Assembly (NCBI RefSeq): GCF_963921235.1
Contig: NC_086097.1
Location: 187,862,001 to 187,926,000, forward strand
Direction of reading: 5' to 3'
Origin: Mobula hypostoma
Lineage: Eukaryota
DNA: 64,000 nt
Of the stretch, positions 49,560 through 61,942 are shown piece by piece. The notes below the pieces were generated by a model. It did not search any database, had not been told where the DNA came from, and saw only the letters and a list, made by a program, of their open reading frames with translations. Each line of letters opens with the position of its first letter. Within the stretch, counting starts at the first letter, position 1. A program made the position numbers and the translations under genes.

Positions 49560-52500
49560 ACAAGGTCACGAGACAAAGGAGCAGAAGTAGACCATTCGGC
49601 CCATCGAATCTGCTCTGCAGCTCCCCCATGAGCTAAGCTATTCACCCATCTAGTTCCAATTTCCGGCTTTTTCCCCATATCCCTTGACACCCTGACTAAT
49701 TAGATACCTGTCAATCTCCTCCTTAAACACTCTCAATGATCGGGTCTCCACAGCTGTATGTGGCAACGAATTCCACAAATCCACGGCCCTCTGGATAAAA
49801 AAGTTTCTCCTCATCTCTGTTTTAACTGGGTACCCTCTAATTCTAAGACTATGGCCTCTTGTCCTGCACTCACCCACCAAGGGAAACAACCTTTCCACAT
49901 CTATTCTGTCCAACCCTTTCAACATTCGAAATGTTCCTATGAGATCCCCTCTCATTCTTCTATACTCTAATGAATACAGTCCAAGAGCCGACAAACGCTC
50001 CTCATATGTTAGCCCCTGCATTCCAGGAGTCATCCTCGTAAGTCTTCTCTGAACTCTCTGCAACATCAGTACATCCTTTCTAAGATAGGGGGCCCAAAAC
50101 TGCACACAGTATTCCAAATGAGGTCTCACTAATGCCCCACAGAGCCTCATCAACACCTCCTTACTCTTATACACTATTCCTCTTGAAATGAATGCCAACA
50201 TAGCATTCGCTTTCCTTACCGCTGATCCAACTTGGTGGTTAACCTTTAGGGTATCCAGCACGAGGACACCCAAGTCCCTTTGCACTTCCGAATTTTGAAT
50301 TTTCTCCCCATCTAAATAATAATCAGCCCGGTTATTTCTTCTTCCAAAATGTACAACCGTACATTTGTCAACGTTGTATCTCATCTGCCATTTCTTTTCC
50401 CATTCTCCTAAACTGACTAAGTCTCTCTGCAACCTTTCCGTTTCTTCAACATTTCCTGCTCCTCCACCTATGTTGGTGTCATCCACAAACATAGACACAA
50501 AACCATTTAATCCATAATCCAAATCATCGATATACATCGTAAAAAGAAGCGGCCCCAACACCAACCCCTGCGGAACACCACTAGTAACCGGCAACCAATC
50601 AGAATAGGATCCCTTTATTCCCACCCTTTGCTTTCTGCCTATCAGCCAATGCTCCATCCATTTCAATATCTTTCCTATAATTCCATGGGCTCTCATCTCA
50701 TTAAGCAGCCTCATATGCGGAACCTTATCGAAGGCCTTTTGAAATCCAAATACACAACATCCACAGCCTCTCCCTTGTCAATCTTATTCGAGATTACCTC
50801 AAAAAATTCCAATAGGTTGGTGAGACAGGATCTTCCCTTCATGAAACCATGCTGGCTTCAGCCTATCTTGTCATGCACCTCGAGGTATTTCATAACCTCG
50901 TCCTTGAGGATTGACTCCAATATCTTTCCAACTACCGATGTCAGACTAATAGGTCTGTAATTTTCTTTTTGCTGCCTCCTTCCTTTCTTAAATAGCGGAA
51001 CTACATTTGCAACCTTCCAGTCCTCCGGAACCATGCCAGAGTCTATTGATTCCTGGAAGATCATTTCCAATGCTTCCACAATCTCCAAAGCCACCTCCTT
51101 CAGAACCCTTGGGTGCACCTCATCCGGACCGGGAGACTTATCTATTCTTAGTCCACTTAGTTTCCCAAGCACTTTCTCTCTAGTAATCTTGACTGTACCT
51201 AATTGTATTCCCTGATATCTCTGGCTATCAGATATATTGCTCATGTCTTCCACTGTGAAGACTGATGCAAAATACTCATTCAGTTCCTCCGCCATCTCTT
51301 TGTTATACATTATAATTTCTCCAGCATCATTTTCAATCGGTCCCGTATCTACCCTTGTCACTCTTTTACTTTTCATATATTTAAAAAAACTCTTAGTATC
51401 CTTTTTTATGTTAATTGCCAACTTCCTTTCATAATTCATCTTTTCTTTCCTGATGACTTTCTTAGTTTCCTTCTGTAAATTTTTAAAAGTCTTCCAGTCC
51501 TCATTTTTCCCACTAATTTTTGCTTCCTTGTACGCAGTTTCTTTTGTTTTTATTTTTGCCTTAACCTCTCTCGTTAGCCACATTTGTGCCATTTTTCCAT
51601 TCGTGATTTTGTTTTTTCTTGGAATATATTTTTCCTGCATTTACCTTATTCCTTGTAGGAATTTCATCCAATTCTGCTCTGCCGTCCCTCCATTTAGCTT
51701 ACTTTTCCAATCGACTTGGGCCAGTTCCTCTCTCATACCACTGTAATTTCCTCTGTTCCACTGAAATATCGATATACCTGATACCAGCTTCTCCTTTTCA
51801 AATTTGAAACTGAACTCAATCATATTATGATCACTACTTCCAAGGGGTTCCTTTACCTCCAGCTCCCTAATCACCTCAGGTTCGTTACACAGCACCCAAT
51901 CCAAAACAGCCGGTCCCCTGGTGGGCTTATGGACAAGCTGCTCCAAAAAGCCATCCTGTAGGCATTCTACAAACTCCCTCTCCTGAGATCCATTACCTTC
52001 CTGACTTTCCCAATCCACTTTCATATTAAAATCCCCCATAATTATCTTGACATTTTCCTTCTGACACACTTTTTCTATTTCCAGCTGTAACCTGTAGTCC
52101 ACATCCCAGCTGCTGTTTGGAGGCCTGTATATAACTGCTGTTAGTGTCTTTTTACCCTTGCCATTTCTTAATTCTACCCATAAGGATTCTACCTCTTCAG
52201 ATCCTATGTCCCTTCTTTCTATTGATTTGATATCGTTACTTACCATCAGGGCCACGCCACCCCCTTTACCTACCTTCCTATCTTTCTTATACACTGTGTA
52301 TCTTGGATACTCAGCTCCCAATCACATCCATCATTTAGCCATGACTCAGTGATGGCCACAATGTCATATCTTTTAACCTGCAGCTGTGCAGCAAGGTCAT
52401 CCACTTTATTTCTAATACTGCGTGCATTTAAGTACAGTACATTTAGATCAGTATCTGTTGCCGATTTTGCTATATTTCTATTTTGCAGCAAATTATCCTG

Positions 52501-53667
52501 CATATTCACCAGCCTGTCCTTTTTGCCATCTTTGCTGCACAGTATTTTTGACTTATTTCTATTTTCCTCTTCCTTGACCCCAGCACCTTGGTTTCCTTCC
52601 CCTTGCCAACTTAGTTTAAACCCTCCCTAACAGCTATATTAAACAATCCCGCCAGGATATTAGTACCTTTTGAGTTCAGCTGTAATCCATCTTTTTTGTA
52701 TAAGTCATACCTTCCCCAAAATAGATCCCAATGATTCAAGAATTTGAAGCCCTGCCCCCTGCACCAGTTACTTAGCCACACATTCATCTGCTTAATTCTG
52801 CTTTCTTACCATCATTAGCGTGCAGCTCAGGCAGCAATCCTGATATTATTACTCTGGAGGTCCGACTTTTCAATTTTCTTCCTAGCTCCCAGTAATCTTT
52901 CTTCAGGACCTCCTCTCTTTTTCTGTCTATGTCATTGGTACCAACATGTACCAAGATTTCGGCTGCTCGCCCTCTCTCCTCAGAACACTCTGGACTCGAT
53001 CTGAGACATCCCGTACCTTGGCACCAGGGAGGCAACATACCATCCGGGTATCCTCGTCTGGCTCGCAGAATCTCTTGTCCGTCCCCCTTACGATGGAATC
53101 ACCTATAACTACCGCATTTCTTCTTGTTCTCTTGATTTTGGCACTGGGCAGAATGCCAGAGTCTCGTTCACTGTGGTCTGCCTCTGTCAGGTCTGCCTCT
53201 TCAACAGTATCCAAAACGATATATCGATTTCTGAGGGGGACTGTCACAGGGGTGCTACCCACTACCTCTCTATAGGTAGTATCTATCACCTCCTCACTTT
53301 CCCTAATTAGCCGAAGGTCATCAATTTCCATCCCCAGTTCCTTAACACGGTCCTTCAGGAGCCTCATCTCAGTGCACCTGGTGCAGATGTAATCCTTGGG
53401 GAGGCTGGGAGTCTCCCAGAGTCCCTACATCTGGCACTCCAAGCACAACACTAATCCTAGAAGCATACCTCTAATGCTACTGTTTGTACTAAATACCAAA
53501 AAACTGTAACTTACTCCATTACTATGAGACTCAACAGTCGCAGGAAGCCTCTTCCCGTCTCTGCCGAAACCCGTTGAGCCAAAGCCCTTTCACTCTGCAC
53601 CCTCTCACTCCGCAGCCCGCTCCGACGCTGCCCACTGGATATGGCGGTTTTCTTTTTAAACTTTTTA
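49560..53667 (-). mobile_element. Near full-length CR1, another family
   Basis: ORF1 (VVIGDSIVRG, VHVGTND) ~53466-52610 and ORF2 fragments 52509-49650. Confidence 0.93.
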
Positions 53668-54244
53668 AACAGTCCCTTCAGATGAGGGAACTCTTCACCC
53701 GCATATCTGTTAGGGATCTCTATTGTATCTGATGCTCCCAAGGCGGCCTGCTCTAAACTGGTAGGACCCGACGTAAATTGTGGAACTGCTTTATCAAGCT
53801 CCTCTGCTCCATCCAAAAAAAAAGTGGAATTTCCTGGTGGCCAACCACTTGAATTCCTATTCCCATTTCTGTTCTCACATCTTGATCCATAGTCTCCTCT
53901 TCTGCCACAATAAGGCCACTGTCAGGGTAGAGGAGCAATACCTAATATTCCGTTTGACATCTTCGCCCTTCCTTTCTGGTCCTGAAGGGTTTCGGCCTGA
54001 AATATTGACTGTTTATTCATTTTCAGGATGCTGCCTAGCTTGCTGAGTTTCTCCAGCTTTATGTATGTGTTAACCTGAAGCATTAACTCTGTTTGTCTTT
54101 CCAGGTGCTGTCTGACCTGCTGTGTATTTCCAGAATTTCTTCTTTACCTACTGTGGTGATGGTACAGAACCATTGAATGAGAGAGATTTTGAAGATTTCC
54201 ACCACCTAACACTACATGGTAGGAGAAGTCCTGCACCCACACTT

Positions 54245-55780
54245 GATAACCCAAGCAAGGCTGCAGGACTGGATGGTGTCAGTACCAGGGTGCTCAAAGC
54301 CTGTGCCCCTCAGCTATGTGGAGTACTCTGCCATGTATTCAACCTGATCCTGAGGCTCCGGAGGGTTCCTGTACTGTGGAAGACGTCCTGCCTCGTCCCT
54401 GTGCCGAAGACGCCGCGCCCCTGCGGCCTCAATGACTACAGACCGGTGGCATTGACCTCCCACATCATGAAGACCCTGGAGAGACTTGTTCTGGAGCTGC
54501 TCCGGCCTATGGTCAGGCCACACTTAGATCCCCTCCAGTTCACTTACCAGCCCCGACTAGGAGTTGAGGATGCCATCGTCTACCTGCTGAACCGTGTCTA
54601 CACCCATCCGGACAAGCCAGCGAGCACTGTGAGGGACATGTTTTTTGACATCTCCAGTGCGTTCAACACCATCCGCCCTGCTCTGCTGGGGGAGAAGCTG
54701 ACAGCGATGCAGGTGGATGCTCTCCTGGTGTCATGGATTCTTCATTACCTGACTGGCAGACCACAGTATGTGTGCTTGCAACATTGTGTGTCCAACAGAG
54801 TGATCAGCAGCACTGGGGCTCCACAGGGGACTGTCTTGTCTCCCTTTCTCTTCACCATTTACACATCGGACTTCAACTACTGCACAGAGTCTTGTCATCT
54901 TCAGAAGTTTTCAGATGACTCTGCCATAGATGGATGCATCAGCAAGGGAGATGAGGTTGAGTACAGGGCTACGGTAGGAAACTTTGTCACATGGTGTGAG
55001 CAGAATTATCTGCAGCTTAACGTGAAAAAAACTAAGGAGCTGATGTTAGACCTGAGGAGAGCTAAGGTACCGGTGACTCCTGTTTCCATCCAGGGGGTCA
55101 GTGTGGACATGGTGGAGGATTACAAATACCTGGGGATACGAATTGACAATAAACAGGACTGGTCAAAGAACACTGAGGCTGTCTACAAGAAGGGACAGAG
55201 CCGTCTCTATTTCCTGAGGAGACTGAGGTCCTTTAACATCTGCTGGACAATGCTGAGGATGTTCTATGAGTCTGTGGTGGCCAGTGCTATTATGTTTGCT
55301 GTTGTGTGCTGGGGCAGCAGGCTGAGGGTAACAGACACCAGCAAAATCAACAAACTCATTCGTAAGGCTAGTGATGTTGTGGGGATGGAACTGGACTCTC
55401 TCACAGTGGTGTCTGAAAAGAGGATGCTGTCTAAGTTGCATGCCATCTTGGTCAATGTCTCCCATCCACTACATAATGTACTGGGTGGGCACAGGAGTAC
55501 ATTCAGCCAGAAACTCATTCCACCGAGATGCAGCACAGAGCGTCATAGGAAGTCATTCCTGCCTGTGGCCATCAAACTTTACAACTCCTGCCTTGGAGGG
55601 TCAGACACCCTGAGCCAATAGGCTGGTCCTGGACTTATTTCATAATTTACTGGCATAATTTACATATTACTATTTAACTGTTTATGGTTCTATTACTATT
55701 TATTATTTATGGTGCAACTGTAATGAAAATCAATTTCCCCTGGGATCAATAAACTATGACTACTACTATGTATGACTATG
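54245..55780 (+). mobile_element. Rex1/Babar LINE, 5'-truncated, with open RT frame
   Basis: ORF 54122-55621 ([36 protein letters not shown]), then aataaa and a ctatga-repeat tail. Confidence 0.93.
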
Positions 55781-56009
55781 ATAATATTAGGAGATTTTGC
55801 AGAGTTTAATCTCATTGTTGAAGGCATATATGATCATTCACTCCCAACTATATACTGCTGTGTTAACACCATTGCTATTGGTACAGATACCCTTCAGATG
55901 TCATGGCCAAGTTCGTGGAAAATTTTATCCAGATGGTCTTCCTTTGACATGATACTTAGTGCTATTTTTGATGAAGAACTTTGCACTTTGTAACAGTTGC
56001 TGACCATCC

Positions 56010-57225
56010 ATCATCCCCTTCTCACAATTCCTCCATCTCCGCTGCATCTGCTCTCAGGATGAGGCTTTTCATTCCAGGACAAGGGAGATGTCCTCCTTTT
56101 TTAAAGAAAGGGGCTTCCCTTCCTCCACCATCAACGCTGCTCTCAAACGCACCTCCCCCATTTCATGCACATCTGCTCTCGCTCCATCCGCCCGCCATCC
56201 CACTAGGAATAGGGTTCCCCTGGTCCTCACCTACCACCCCACCAGCCTCTAGGTCCAACATATTATTCTCCGTAACTTCCGCCACCTCCAACGGGATCCC
56301 ACCACTAAGCACATCTTTCCCTCCCTGCCTCTGCTTTCCACAGGGATCGCTCCCTACGCGACTCCCTTGTCTATTCATCCCCCCCATCTCTCCCCACCAA
56401 TCTCCCACCTGGCACTTATCCTTGTAAGCCGAACAAGTGCTACACATGCCCTTGCACTTCCTCCCTTACCACCATTCAGGGCCCCAGACAGTCCTTCCAG
56501 GTGAGGCGACACTTCACCTGTGAGTTGGCTGGGGTGATATACTGCATCCAGTGCTCCCGATGTGGCCTTCTATATATTGGTGAGACCCGACGCAGACTAG
56601 GAGGTCGTTTCGCTGAACACCTACACTCTGTCACCAGAGAAAGCAGGATCTCCCAGTGGCCACACATTTTAATTCCACATCCCATTCCCATTCTGACATG
56701 TCTATCCATGGCCTCCTCTACTGTAAAGATGAAGCCACACTCAGGTTAGAGGAACAACACCTTATAATCCGTCTGGGTAGCCTCCAACCTGATGGCATGA
56801 ACATTGACTTCTCAAATTTCCGCTAATGCCCCACCTCCCCCTCGTCCTCCATCCATTATTTATTTATTTATATACACACATTCTTTCTCTCTCTCTCCTT
56901 TTTCTCCCTCTGTCCCTCTCACTATACCCCTTGCCCATCCTTGGGGTTCCACCCCTCCCCCTTTTCCTTATCCCTGGGCCTCCTGTCCCATGATCCTCTC
57001 ATATCCCTTTTGCCTATCACCTGTCCAGCTCTTGGCTCCATCCCTCCCCCTCCTGTCTTCTATCGTTCCGGATCTCCCCCTCCCCTTCCTACTTTCAAAT
57101 CTCTTACTATCTCTTCTGTCAGTTAGTCCTGACGAAGGGTCTCAGCCCGAAACGTCGACTGTACCTCTTCCTAGAGATGCTGCCTGGCCTGCTGCGTTCA
57201 CCAGCAATTTTTATGTGTATTGCTA
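56010..57225 (+). mobile_element. Penelope-like 3' fragment (GIY-YIG + terminal repeat)
   Basis: GVIYCIQCSRCGLLYIGETRRRLGGRFAEHL peptide. Confidence 0.93.
57125..57160 (+). ncRNA. Minimal hammerhead ribozyme motif
   Basis: agtc-CTGACGA-a-ggg(tctcag)ccc-GAAA-c-GTC-gact: intact core, helix I agtc/gact, helix II ggg/ccc, palindromic ACGT in place of helix III. Confidence 0.8.
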
Positions 57226-58748
57226 TTGTATTTAAAATATTGGAGGAAAACATTCTCTGACTTTGCAGTTTTCAGTTCTAGATTTCTATGAGTACAAACA
57301 CAGGATATTGAGGTTTATAATGCAATAGAAACTTCTGCAAACTATTGAGCACTGAAAACTTTCAAATCTGGGCTACACATGAAATACCTGAAATACATTA
57401 ACATCCAACGAAGAAGAAACTCCACTATGAATGTCAGTAATACTAATATGAAGCACTCCTCCTACACTTGACTGAAAGATTCACTGAGATCGTGGACCTG
57501 CAGTGGTCACACAGAAGCACTTCAAATTCATGAAGGCTGTGATGCTTGGTTCCTAATGGAGCATGCAGTTGCCCTGAAGTTCTGCGACCATTACCCTAAT
57601 TCCCCACTTCAGAGAAAGATTGGTAGAATACCAGCACAGGCTGATATACAGTTGTTCATTATTTTCTCACAGGCATCTATCAGTTTCCTATAAGTTATGG
57701 CCTAAAGTGCAGAACCAGCTCTAGGGAAATCCCCAGATTTCCTTCCACTTCAGAAAGTGCAAGTTACTATTCATTCACTCTGCCACATTGAGGTAAAATG
57801 GTTGAGTTTCCGAAGGGGTTCTTCTGACCATTGACTAGACCTTAGCAGATGGTCTATCGAGTGGATTTGCGAGGAGGGTGGTGGGGTCTTTGGATTTTCC
57901 ATTATTGTTCTGATGGATCATCAGATTAAACCTTGCCGAAATCATCTCTAAAGATTATTATTGGAATGGTACCAATTATGAGGTAGTTTGCACAGTTGTT
58001 CTAAACTGCTGCACAAAATCAATTCCATGTGCCAATTAGAAGTTTTTCAGAAAATACATCTGAGCATTCAGGTCTAATCAGTGAGACAAGTGCTCTCACA
58101 GTCCGGTTAAAACCAGCGAGGCAGGAGATATGCAGGTTTGTATAATTCTTTTCACATTATTTCCAGATTACAGTTGGCCCTAATATGTTTTAACATCTGT
58201 GCCGGAACCAGTAATTTATGAAAATATAAACAAAAGATGATTTCTGCTTAAAATTTTCTCTTTGAATTCCTGAATTTCTAAAACTTTTTTTTTGTACTTT
58301 GTCATTAGCCTCTGAGAATATGGTGTGTTCATTTAGCAGATTAAATTTCACAGTTGTATATTTTGTATCGCTTACATTACCAAAGGTTCAGGGACAATGT
58401 AAGTCAGGCAGAGTGATACTTTTGCTCCAGTCAAACAAAAGTGAAATATCTTAATATGTTGGTGAATAAAAGGGAAATTATCCATATTTACAGATATTTC
58501 AAAGCTGGCTGTTAAGACTGTCTTCAATATCAGTTGTGCCTTTTGCACTTGGGAAGCAAACTGCATTTTAGTGCAGTGGCATCTGAAACCCAGATAATAT
58601 GCTTGGCATTGACTGAGACTTGGACTGGCATATGATGATGCAAGTGATTTGGGCTATCTTTACCTACTGAGGCAAACTCTCCAGGAAAGATGTAGGTAAG
58701 GTCTGTTATGGACCACATCTGGCAATGATATACAGAAGGAGAGAGTGT

Positions 58749-59583
58749 ATCCTTGTAAGCGGAACAAGTGCTACACATGCCCTTACACTTCCTCCCTTAC
58801 CACCATTCAGGGCCCCAAACAGTCCTTCCAGGTGAGGCGACACTTCACCTGTGAGTCGGCTGGGGTGATATACTGCGTCCGGTGCTCCTGATGTGGCCTT
58901 CTATATATTGGTGAGACCCGATGCAGACTGGGAGATCATTTTGCTGAACACCTACGCTCTGTCCGCCAGAGAAAGCAGGATCTCCCAGTGGCCACACATT
59001 TTAATTCCACATCCCATTCCCATTCTGATATGTCTATCTACGGCCTCCTCTACTGTAAAGATGAAGCCACACTCAGGTTGGAGGAACAACACCTTATATT
59101 CCATCTGGGTAGCCTCCAACCTGATGGCATGAACATTGACTTCCCTAACTTCCGCTAATGCCCCACCTCCCCCTTGTACCCCATCTATTATTTATTTATA
59201 TACACACATTCTTTCTCTCACTCTCCTTTTTCTCCCTCTGTCCCTCTGACTATACCCCTTGTCCATTCTCTGTTCCCCCCCCCCTTTCCTTCTCCCTGGG
59301 CCTCCTGTCCCATGATCCTCTCATATCCCCTTTGCCAATCACCTGTCCAGCTCTTGGCTCCATCCCTCCCCCTCCTGTCTTCTCCTATCATTTTGGATCT
59401 GCCCCTCCCTCTCCCACTTTCGAATTTCTTACTAGCTCTTCCTTCAGTTAGTCCTGATGAAGGGTCTCGGCCTGAAACATCGACTGTACCTCTTCCTAGA
59501 GATGCTGCCTGGCCTGCTGCATTCACCAGCAACTTTGATGTGTGTTGCCTGAATTTCCAGCATCTGCAGAATTCCTCGTGTTT
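58749..59583 (+). mobile_element. Penelope-like 3' fragment
   Basis: Near-identical to 56417-57225, with TSD gagtgt (58743-58748, 59584-59589). Confidence 0.93.
59450..59485 (+). ncRNA. Minimal hammerhead ribozyme motif (CpG-decayed variant)
   Basis: agtc-CTGATGA-agggtctcggcct-GAAA-c-ATC-gact. Confidence 0.65.
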
Positions 59584-59673
59584 GAGTGTGCAATGGTATC
59601 GGATTTGCTTTCTGTGAAGTTCTAAACTCAAACAGAGATCTTAAGCCCTTTCTGAAAAGATAGCTATGGGTAC

Positions 59674-60531
59674 TGTTACGAGAATACACATAAAATTAAG
59701 ATGTTTGCTGGCCTGGGCTAGCATCAGTGGCATCAGCAGTTGGTCTGCCACCTGCCCTCAGGGGAAGGAGAGATAAGGAACAATGGAGCAGCGTCTGGAG
59801 ATGTGTAATGAATGGATGTGGGAGGAAGAGCTGTCTGGAGCGGCTCCCCCCTTTGAACCCTGAACTGTTTGAAGTGATGGACAGGCGATACCCCAGCAGG
59901 GGGATAAAAAGGGACAGGTTCGCTAAGACAGACACACACGCCACCCGAGGTAACGAGACCCTGGAAGCGGTGCGCCTCTCACGAGTGGTGAGAAGTATCG
60001 GACAACGCACAGGGTGGAAAGGTACGATCAGCGGGAACCCGGTGTGTGTCCGCCCTTGCCTGGGTGCCGGCTTCACTGCTGGGGATCGACCGCATCTGGA
60101 GGAGGGGTCACAGTCGGTGACCTCAGGTGACATCACCAAGGACCCGCCCAAAAGCTGTTTGTGAGCCATCTCGCTGGTCTGTGAGTGAAGCCGTTCTGAA
60201 TGATGAGTTGTTCCTATTCTATCTCTCTCTTCCCCCACGTTGTCCACCGCCATGGCAACGATTACTGCGAACTGAACTACAAACTGGACTGAACTTTGAG
60301 TCATTTTGAAATTGGTCATTTACCCCTAGACAACGATAGAGCTTGATTGATGCTGTTATCTTAATTCTGTGCACATGTGTGGTTATCATTGTTGAATTGT
60401 TGCATTTATTATCCTTTCGATTACTGTGTTGCTTGTTTCTTTAATAAAACTTTCTTAGTTCTAGTACTCCAGACTCCAACTGAGTGATCCATTTCTGCTG
60501 GTTTGGCAACCCAGTTACGGGGTACGTAACA
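59674..60531 (+). repeat. 5' LTR (858 bp)
   Basis: TG...CA ends with a 7-bp terminal inverted repeat and aataaa ~60443. Matches 63728-64000. Confidence 0.95.
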
Positions 60532-60535
60532 TAAG

Positions 60536-60556
60536 TGGGGTTCTCGTCCGCGATTT
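60536..60556 (+). promoter_or_regulatory. Primer-binding site, tRNA-Pro-like
   Basis: tggggttctcgtccgcgatt compared with the canonical Pro PBS TGGGGGCTCGTCCGGGAT. Confidence 0.75.
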
Positions 60557-60630
60557 TGAACGCTAAATTTGGGACGGAGTAAATTGATTGGGTTAAAATT
60601 CCCGAAAGAAAGAAAAGACAAACAGCAGAA

Positions 60631-61942
60631 ATGGAGGTTGAGGAATTTATAAAGGCGCCGACCTTGGAGGCATTAGAGGATGCCAGGAAATCGGAATTGA
60701 TAGCTGTGGCAAAACGGGTGAATCTTGCTAAGGTGAAGTCGACAATGAGGAGAGAGGAGATACACAGAGCTATTGTAGAGCACTATGTATCTAAAGGTGT
60801 GTTTCCCCAAGGTGAGCTGGGGGAGGTGTCTATTGAAAAACCTGCTGGAGACGCGGTACAGGTACAGCTGGAAAAACTGAGACTCGAGCACGAGTTCCGG
60901 GTACGGCAGTTAGAAAGGCAGGAGAAAGAGAGAAAGTTAGAAAGGCAGGAGAAAGAGAGAGAGTTAGAAAGGCAGGAGAAAGAGAGAGAGTTAGAAAGGC
61001 AGGAGAAAGAGAGAGTTAGAAAGGCAGGAGAAAGAGAGAGAGGTAGAAAGGCAGGAGAGGGACAGACAGTTGGAGAGAGAAGAGAGAGAGAGGGACAGAC
61101 AGTTGGAGAGAGAGGAGAAACAGAGGGAAAGGAAATTTGAGCTGGAGAAGTTAAAGATAAGGGCCGAGCAGGGGCTCGTGCCGAACCAAGGTGGAGGGTT
61201 CCGGGCGACCCAGGAGGTTAGGCTGGTTCCCCCATTTGACGATACCGATGTGGATCGGTACTTTCTCCATTTCGAAAAAGTGGCCATAAGTCAGGAATGG
61301 CCGAGGGATAAGTGGGTTGTCTTACTTCAGAGTGTACTGAAAGGGAAGGCCCAACAAGCTTACTCCGCTTTATCCGCGGAAGATGCCCAGAAGTATGAGG
61401 TGGTGAAGGAGGCCATCCTCAGGATTTATGAGTTGGTCCCGGAGGCATACCGGCAGAGGTTTCGGAATGCGAGGAAGCGGTGGGACCGCACGTATTTGGA
61501 GTTTGCTCGTGAGATGCAAACATATTGTGAGCGTTGGTGCGCCTCGAAAGGGGTAGAGGGGGATTATGACAGACTGCTGCAGCTGATTCTGATTGAGCAG
61601 TTTAAAGGTTGTGTCCCTGAGGGTATGAGACCCTACCTCGATGAGAAAGAGGCAGCCACGTTAGCCGCAACTGCTAAGTTAGCGGATGAGTATGCGTTGA
61701 CGCATAAAATGAAGGTTGCCCCGAGTAAAGGCTACCAGAAGGGTAGTCAGGACGGCGGGGAGAGTCCACCGGAAAAGTCAGAAAGTAAGCCGGGGACTAG
61801 TGAAAAGGATAAGGTAGACCGGGAGCAGTCTGGTAGGAAGTCTCCTGGGGTCGTCTGTTATAATTGTGGGAAAGTCGGACACTTTGCGTCCAGGTGCTTT
61901 GCCCCAAGGAAGGAGACGGGAAAGGAAAAGCGGAAATTTTGA
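60631..61942 (+). CDS. Gag (coiled-coil repeat, SCAN-like capsid, CCHC knuckle), frameshifted within a 27-bp repeat
   Basis: FLHFEKVA...WP, PEAYRQRFR, LILIEQF and CYNCGKVGHFASRC motifs. Confidence 0.85.

Noticed and set aside
59696..60319. 207-aa and 145-aa ORFs in the LTR
   Set aside because: They lie wholly inside a GC-rich LTR and show no recognisable domain; probably chance frames.
60536..60560. tRNA-Pro gene
   Set aside because: Only the complement of the tRNA 3' end, next to an LTR; it is a primer-binding site.
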